Shown one piece after another: positions 60,484 through 64,000 of a stretch of DNA of 64,000 bases. The notes under the pieces are model-generated. The model ran no database searches. It had not been told where the DNA came from and saw nothing but the letters and a program-made list of their open reading frames with translations. The position numbers and the translations under genes are program-made. This DNA is from Cytophagales bacterium (GTDB taxonomy: Bacteria > Bacteroidota > Bacteroidia > Cytophagales > Cyclobacteriaceae). Position 1 is the stretch's first letter; each line of letters opens with the position of its first letter. Location of the stretch: NCBI GenBank assembly GCA_013298505.1, contig JAAFHY010000003.1, positions 35,733-99,732 of the forward strand. Reading direction: 5' to 3'.

Positions 60484-61320
60484 ATGCAAACGAACGAAGA
60501 ACTAAAACAACTGGTCAAAGAAAAATACGGCCAAATTGCCGAGCAAAGCAAAACGGAGAATGAATCGAGTTGCTGCGGAGCAACTGGTTGCGCTACCATC
60601 GACTACACCGTGATGTCTGATGATTACACCAAACTAGAAGGGTATTTAGCCGATGCCGATTTAGGATTGGGCTGCGGACTGCCTACAGAATTTGCACAAA
60701 TCAAAGAAGGCGACACCGTTGTTGATTTAGGCTCAGGTGCGGGCAACGATGCTTTTGTAGCGCGCTCGATTGTAGGAGAGAAAGGAAAAGTAATCGGCAT
60801 TGACTTTACGGATAAAATGATTGAGAAGGCTCGTGCCAATGCCAAGAAGTTAAATTTCACGAATGTGGAATTCCGCCAAGGTGATATTGAGAACATGCCG
60901 TTGGCCGGAAACATAGCCGATGTGGTGGTGAGCAATTGTGTGTTGAACCTCGTGCCTGATAAAAAACAAGCTTTTGCAGAAACGTTTCGCGTGTTGAAGA
61001 AAGGCGGTCACTTCAGTGTATCGGATATTGTGCTCGTGGGCGATTTGCCAGAAGGCCTGCAAAAAAGTGCAGAGATGTATGCAGGTTGTGTGTCTGGTGC
61101 CATTCAAAAAGTGGAATACTTGTCGATAATTAAAGAAGCTGGATTCAATAATATTGACATCCAAAAAGAAAAGCGCATTACTTTGCCCGATGAAATTTTG
61201 AAAGAATATTTGTCGCCCAAAGCCTTGGAGGATTTCAAAACAGGTGAGTCCGGAATTTTCAGCATCACTGTATATGCAGAAAAACCTGATGCATGTTGCG
61301 GCCCGGGATGTTGTAATTAA
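60484..61320 (+). CDS. arsM: Arsenite S-adenosylmethionine methyltransferase
   Basis: LGLGCGLP, VVDLGSGAGND, ISNC-type VSNCVLNL, YAGCVSGA; Cys-rich termini. Confidence 0.92.
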   Translation: MQTNEELKQLVKEKYGQIAEQSKTENESSCCGATGCATIDYTVMSDDYTKLEGYLADADLGLGCGLPTEFAQIKEGDTVVDLGSGAGNDAFVARSIVGEKGKVIGIDFTDKMIEKARANAKKLNFTNVEFRQGDIENMPLAGNIADVVVSNCVLNLVPDKKQAFAETFRVLKKGGHFSVSDIVLVGDLPEGLQKSAEMYAGCVSGAIQKVEYLSIIKEAGFNNIDIQKEKRITLPDEILKEYLSPKALEDFKTGESGIFSITVYAEKPDACCGPGCCN

Positions 61321-61323
61321 ATC

Positions 61324-61388
61324 GACTTCGTGTCTTGGTGTCTTTGTGGCATGTAAAGTCAGGCCACCAAGACACGAAGTCACAAAGA
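61324..61388. repeat. Palindromic repeat hairpin between arsM and arsC-like gene
   Basis: Perfect 17-bp IR gacttcgtgtcttggtg (61324-61340) / caccaagacacgaagtc (61365-61381). Confidence 0.75.
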
Positions 61389-61414
61389 AATAGTAAAATA
61401 CCGAATACAATTTT

Positions 61415-62032
61415 ATGCTTAATCCTACACTTCAATCAACCATTGAAAATCTCATTCTCCAATTTGGTCAAATACCAACGGAGAGAAAAGAGTTATTGAA
61501 TGAACTAACACGATTCATTCGGCAATCGCCTAAAGGTCAATCCATCTACCTAAACTTTATCTGTACGCACAATTCACGCAGAAGCCACATCGCTCAACTT
61601 TGGGCGCAGGCTGCTGCTTATCATTTCGGTGTAAAAGATATTGTCAGCCTTTCAGGCGGCACGGAGGCGACTGCTTTCAATCCACGTGCCGTGAGGGCGA
61701 TGCAGGGTGTTGGTTTTCAAATTTCAGTAACCAAAAATGGCGACAATCCTTTGTATGAAGTGAAGTATGCCAACGATGCAGCACCCGTTGAAGCGTTTTC
61801 AAAAAAGTATGATGCCCCGTTTAACAACAACCCAGGCTTTGCAGCGATTATGACTTGCTCCCATGCCGATGAAAACTGTCCACTGGTATTGGGAGCGAAA
61901 GCCCGGATTGCTATCACTTACGATGACCCCAAAGAATTTGACGGCACTCCGATGGAATCTGCCAAGTATGCGGAACGCGTACAGCAAATCGGGCGAGAGA
62001 TGTTATTTGCCTTTTCACAAGTAAAAAAATAA
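61415..62032 (+). CDS. arsC: LMW-PTP-fold arsenate reductase-like protein
   Basis: CX5R loop CTHNSRR, SGGTEATAFN, MTCS..CP, YDDPK; inside the ars operon. Confidence 0.7.
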   Translation: MLNPTLQSTIENLILQFGQIPTERKELLNELTRFIRQSPKGQSIYLNFICTHNSRRSHIAQLWAQAAAYHFGVKDIVSLSGGTEATAFNPRAVRAMQGVGFQISVTKNGDNPLYEVKYANDAAPVEAFSKKYDAPFNNNPGFAAIMTCSHADENCPLVLGAKARIAITYDDPKEFDGTPMESAKYAERVQQIGREMLFAFSQVKK

Positions 62033-62057
62033 TTGAAGTGTACCAAAAAAATACATT

Positions 62058-62960
62058 GTGAAAAAATCAATCCTCTACATTTTCATTTTGCTGATTTCGC
62101 CATTGTTTTTATTTGCCCAAAAATCCAAAGACAAAATGCAGCGCGAACTTACTCCTGCACGTGGGCATTACGAGCAATTGCAGAAATTCAGCACGAAGCC
62201 ATCAACCATCAATGCCGAAGTTGACCAACTTACTTTTCCATACGACCCAATAGTGGGTGAACGCAGGTTGAGTATTAAGCCGAGTTATTTGCAAAACGTA
62301 AAAACGGATGATTTCAACCTTCCCGAAATGCCTACTAACAGTTCAGAGCAAACACGCATGGAATTGAATTACTTGCTAGGATTGCAAAAGCAACGTACGC
62401 CTGAAGATGTCCGCAGTAGTCTCTTCATGGCAAACGTGTATTATAATCTCCGTGTGAAGCCAACGGATTCAACCTACGTACGCTTTCGCAGAAACTTGTT
62501 TTTCATCGGTCGCTCCATCGGCACTTGGTTTCATCCAGACAGTCTTCCTAAAACAGCTAATCTCATCGCTAGCGTGTGGCAAGACGCAAATTATTTTATT
62601 TGGACACTTAAGTTTAAGTACGCTCGCGTTCGTCCTGTCAAGATTGACCCTTCTATTAAAAATCTTGAGGTGACAGATTGGGCCGCATACCCAAGTGGTC
62701 ATGCCGCCAACTCCTACATCAACGCTTACATTTATCAAGAATTAGCACCCGAGTTCACCGACTTCTTTATCAAAGATGCTTACGACATGGCGCATTCGCG
62801 CGAAATCATTGGCGTGCATTTCCCCAGCGACTCCGAGTCATCTCGAATTTTTGCGAGACAGTTCGTGAACAAATTATTTCAAAATGAAAAATTTCTAAAA
62901 GAGTTTGAGGAGGTAAAAAAAGAATGGGCAGAAAAGGCGAAAGAGAAATTTGAAAGATAG
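62058..62960 (+). CDS. Secreted PAP2-superfamily acid phosphatase / haloperoxidase-fold protein
   Basis: Signal peptide; KFKYARVRP (KX6RP), YPSGHA, SREIIGVHFPSD (SRX5HX3D). Confidence 0.85.
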   Translation: MKKSILYIFILLISPLFLFAQKSKDKMQRELTPARGHYEQLQKFSTKPSTINAEVDQLTFPYDPIVGERRLSIKPSYLQNVKTDDFNLPEMPTNSSEQTRMELNYLLGLQKQRTPEDVRSSLFMANVYYNLRVKPTDSTYVRFRRNLFFIGRSIGTWFHPDSLPKTANLIASVWQDANYFIWTLKFKYARVRPVKIDPSIKNLEVTDWAAYPSGHAANSYINAYIYQELAPEFTDFFIKDAYDMAHSREIIGVHFPSDSESSRIFARQFVNKLFQNEKFLKEFEEVKKEWAEKAKEKFER

Positions 62961-62981
62961 ATGGTAAGACATGCTCATCTA

Positions 62982-63012
62982 GTCACTTGGTTGTGCAAAA
63001 CAATCAAGTGAC
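62982..63012. terminator. Hairpin between convergent PAP2 and GNAT genes
   Basis: gtcacttggttg / caatcaagtgac stem. Confidence 0.55.
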
Positions 63013-63022
63013 CTCTTTATTA

Positions 63023-63517
63023 TTAGTCGATACCAACTAAAGAACTTCTCCTCTCTAACAGCACTGTATCACGCCACACGTTTTTCATCTTACCTATTTT
63101 CTCTCGGTAGCCTACTTTCCTAAAACCACACTGCTCATGAATCTTTAGGCTCGCTGCATTTTCTGGAAAGATACCAGCTTGCAGCGTCCATAAGTTTTCT
63201 TTCTCGCTTTCGCGGATGAGTGCTCCCAATAATTTTTTACCCACACCTTTGCCTGTCGCGTCAGGGTGTACATAAACACTTACTTCTGCCACGCCTGCAT
63301 AAACACATCTGCCAGATACGGCTGTTAAGGCTGCCCAACCAATTACATTTTCATTTTCGTCCATTGCCACTAGCCGCGCCTTTTCTAAATGTGCCTTGTC
63401 CCAACTTTCCCATGTGGGTGCAGATGTTTCAAAAGTAGCATTTCCAGTAGCGATGCCCAGTTCGTAAATCTTCTTTAATGCAGCATAGTGCGCAGGTTGA
63501 AGGGATGAGATTTTCAT
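63023..63517 (-). CDS. Phosphinothricin-acetyltransferase-like GNAT (ArsN-like)
   Basis: ATFET, AEVSVYV, QAGIFPENAASL, GFRKVG, WRDTVLLERRS. Confidence 0.85.
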   Translation of the reverse strand: MKISSLQPAHYAALKKIYELGIATGNATFETSAPTWESWDKAHLEKARLVAMDENENVIGWAALTAVSGRCVYAGVAEVSVYVHPDATGKGVGKKLLGALIRESEKENLWTLQAGIFPENAASLKIHEQCGFRKVGYREKIGKMKNVWRDTVLLERRSSLVGID

Positions 63518-63616
63518 TTCATAAAAATAATAAATCCAGTCGCACGGCCGACATCGTATATTTAATCTGTGATTAAAAATTGATTACTTTTAGCAGATAA
63601 AAAAACGAAGCCCTAC

Positions 63617-63952
63617 ATGGAACACACCTACTACAACCCCGAAGACTTAAAGAAATTTGGAAATATTCGCGAATGGGAGAAAAACTTGGCTGATAAGTTT
63701 TTCTCGTATTATGGGGATGTATTTAAAGAAGGCGACCTCACGGCCCGCGAAAAATCATTGATTGCCCTTGCTGTAGCACACACCGTGCAATGCCCCTATT
63801 GCATCGATGCCTATACGCAAGACTCACTGGAGAAAGGTGCTACCGAAAAGGCCATGATGGAAGCCATCCACGTAGCAGCCGCCATCCGCGGAGGTGCATC
63901 ATTAGTGCATGGGGTGATGATGATGAATAAAGCCAAGAAACTCTCAATGTAA
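63617..63952 (+). CDS. CMD/AhpD peroxidase-like protein of the type associated with arsenosugar radical-SAM genes
   Basis: YYNPEDLKKFG, REKSLIALAVAHTVQCPYCIDAY, AIRGGASLVHGV. Confidence 0.85.
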   Translation: MEHTYYNPEDLKKFGNIREWEKNLADKFFSYYGDVFKEGDLTAREKSLIALAVAHTVQCPYCIDAYTQDSLEKGATEKAMMEAIHVAAAIRGGASLVHGVMMMNKAKKLSM

Positions 63953-64000
63953 ATTCGTTGTTGGTTGGTCGTTAGTCGTTGTTCGCAACCTCCAACCACC

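Noticed and set aside
1-64000. tRNA, rRNA, CRISPR arrays, riboswitches, integrases and prophage genes
   Set aside because: None recognised by eye; intergenic gaps are short and lack regular repeat-spacer structure. A covariance-model scan was not run.

Overview
A mostly chromosomal, densely coding segment of a Bacteroidota genome, most likely Cytophagales (inference from the gldKLMN/porP operon, TAnnTTTG promoters, Bacteroidota-type SecA and DksA). Housekeeping and envelope genes include rluB, scpB, dksA, asd, lemA, pyrH, secA, dapF, greB, uvrA, hemW and gltX, plus two MacB/FtsX-type permeases, an ECF sigma locus, two RelE/ParE toxin-antitoxin pairs and a DUF58-transglutaminase-MoxR-TPR cluster. 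I found no rRNA, tRNA, CRISPR array, integrase or transposase. The most notable observations are: (1) an ArsR-controlled organoarsenical locus at the right edge (arsR-arsM-arsC-like-PAP2 phosphatase, an ArsN-like acetyltransferase, and a CMD/AhpD peroxidase of the type usually found beside the arsenosugar radical-SAM gene arsS); (2) a 183-bp MITE with perfect 18-bp terminal inverted repeats and a 9-bp target duplication on a start codon, next to a phosphatase pseudogene; (3) a CBM5/12-like module inserted in GldN; (4) near-identical back-to-back ECF promoters; (5) a catalytically degenerate PLD-domain gene directly behind greB; (6) dispersed heptamer-repeat hairpins, one apparently translated inside a lipoprotein signal peptide. 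All family assignments are motif recognition by eye; no database search was run.
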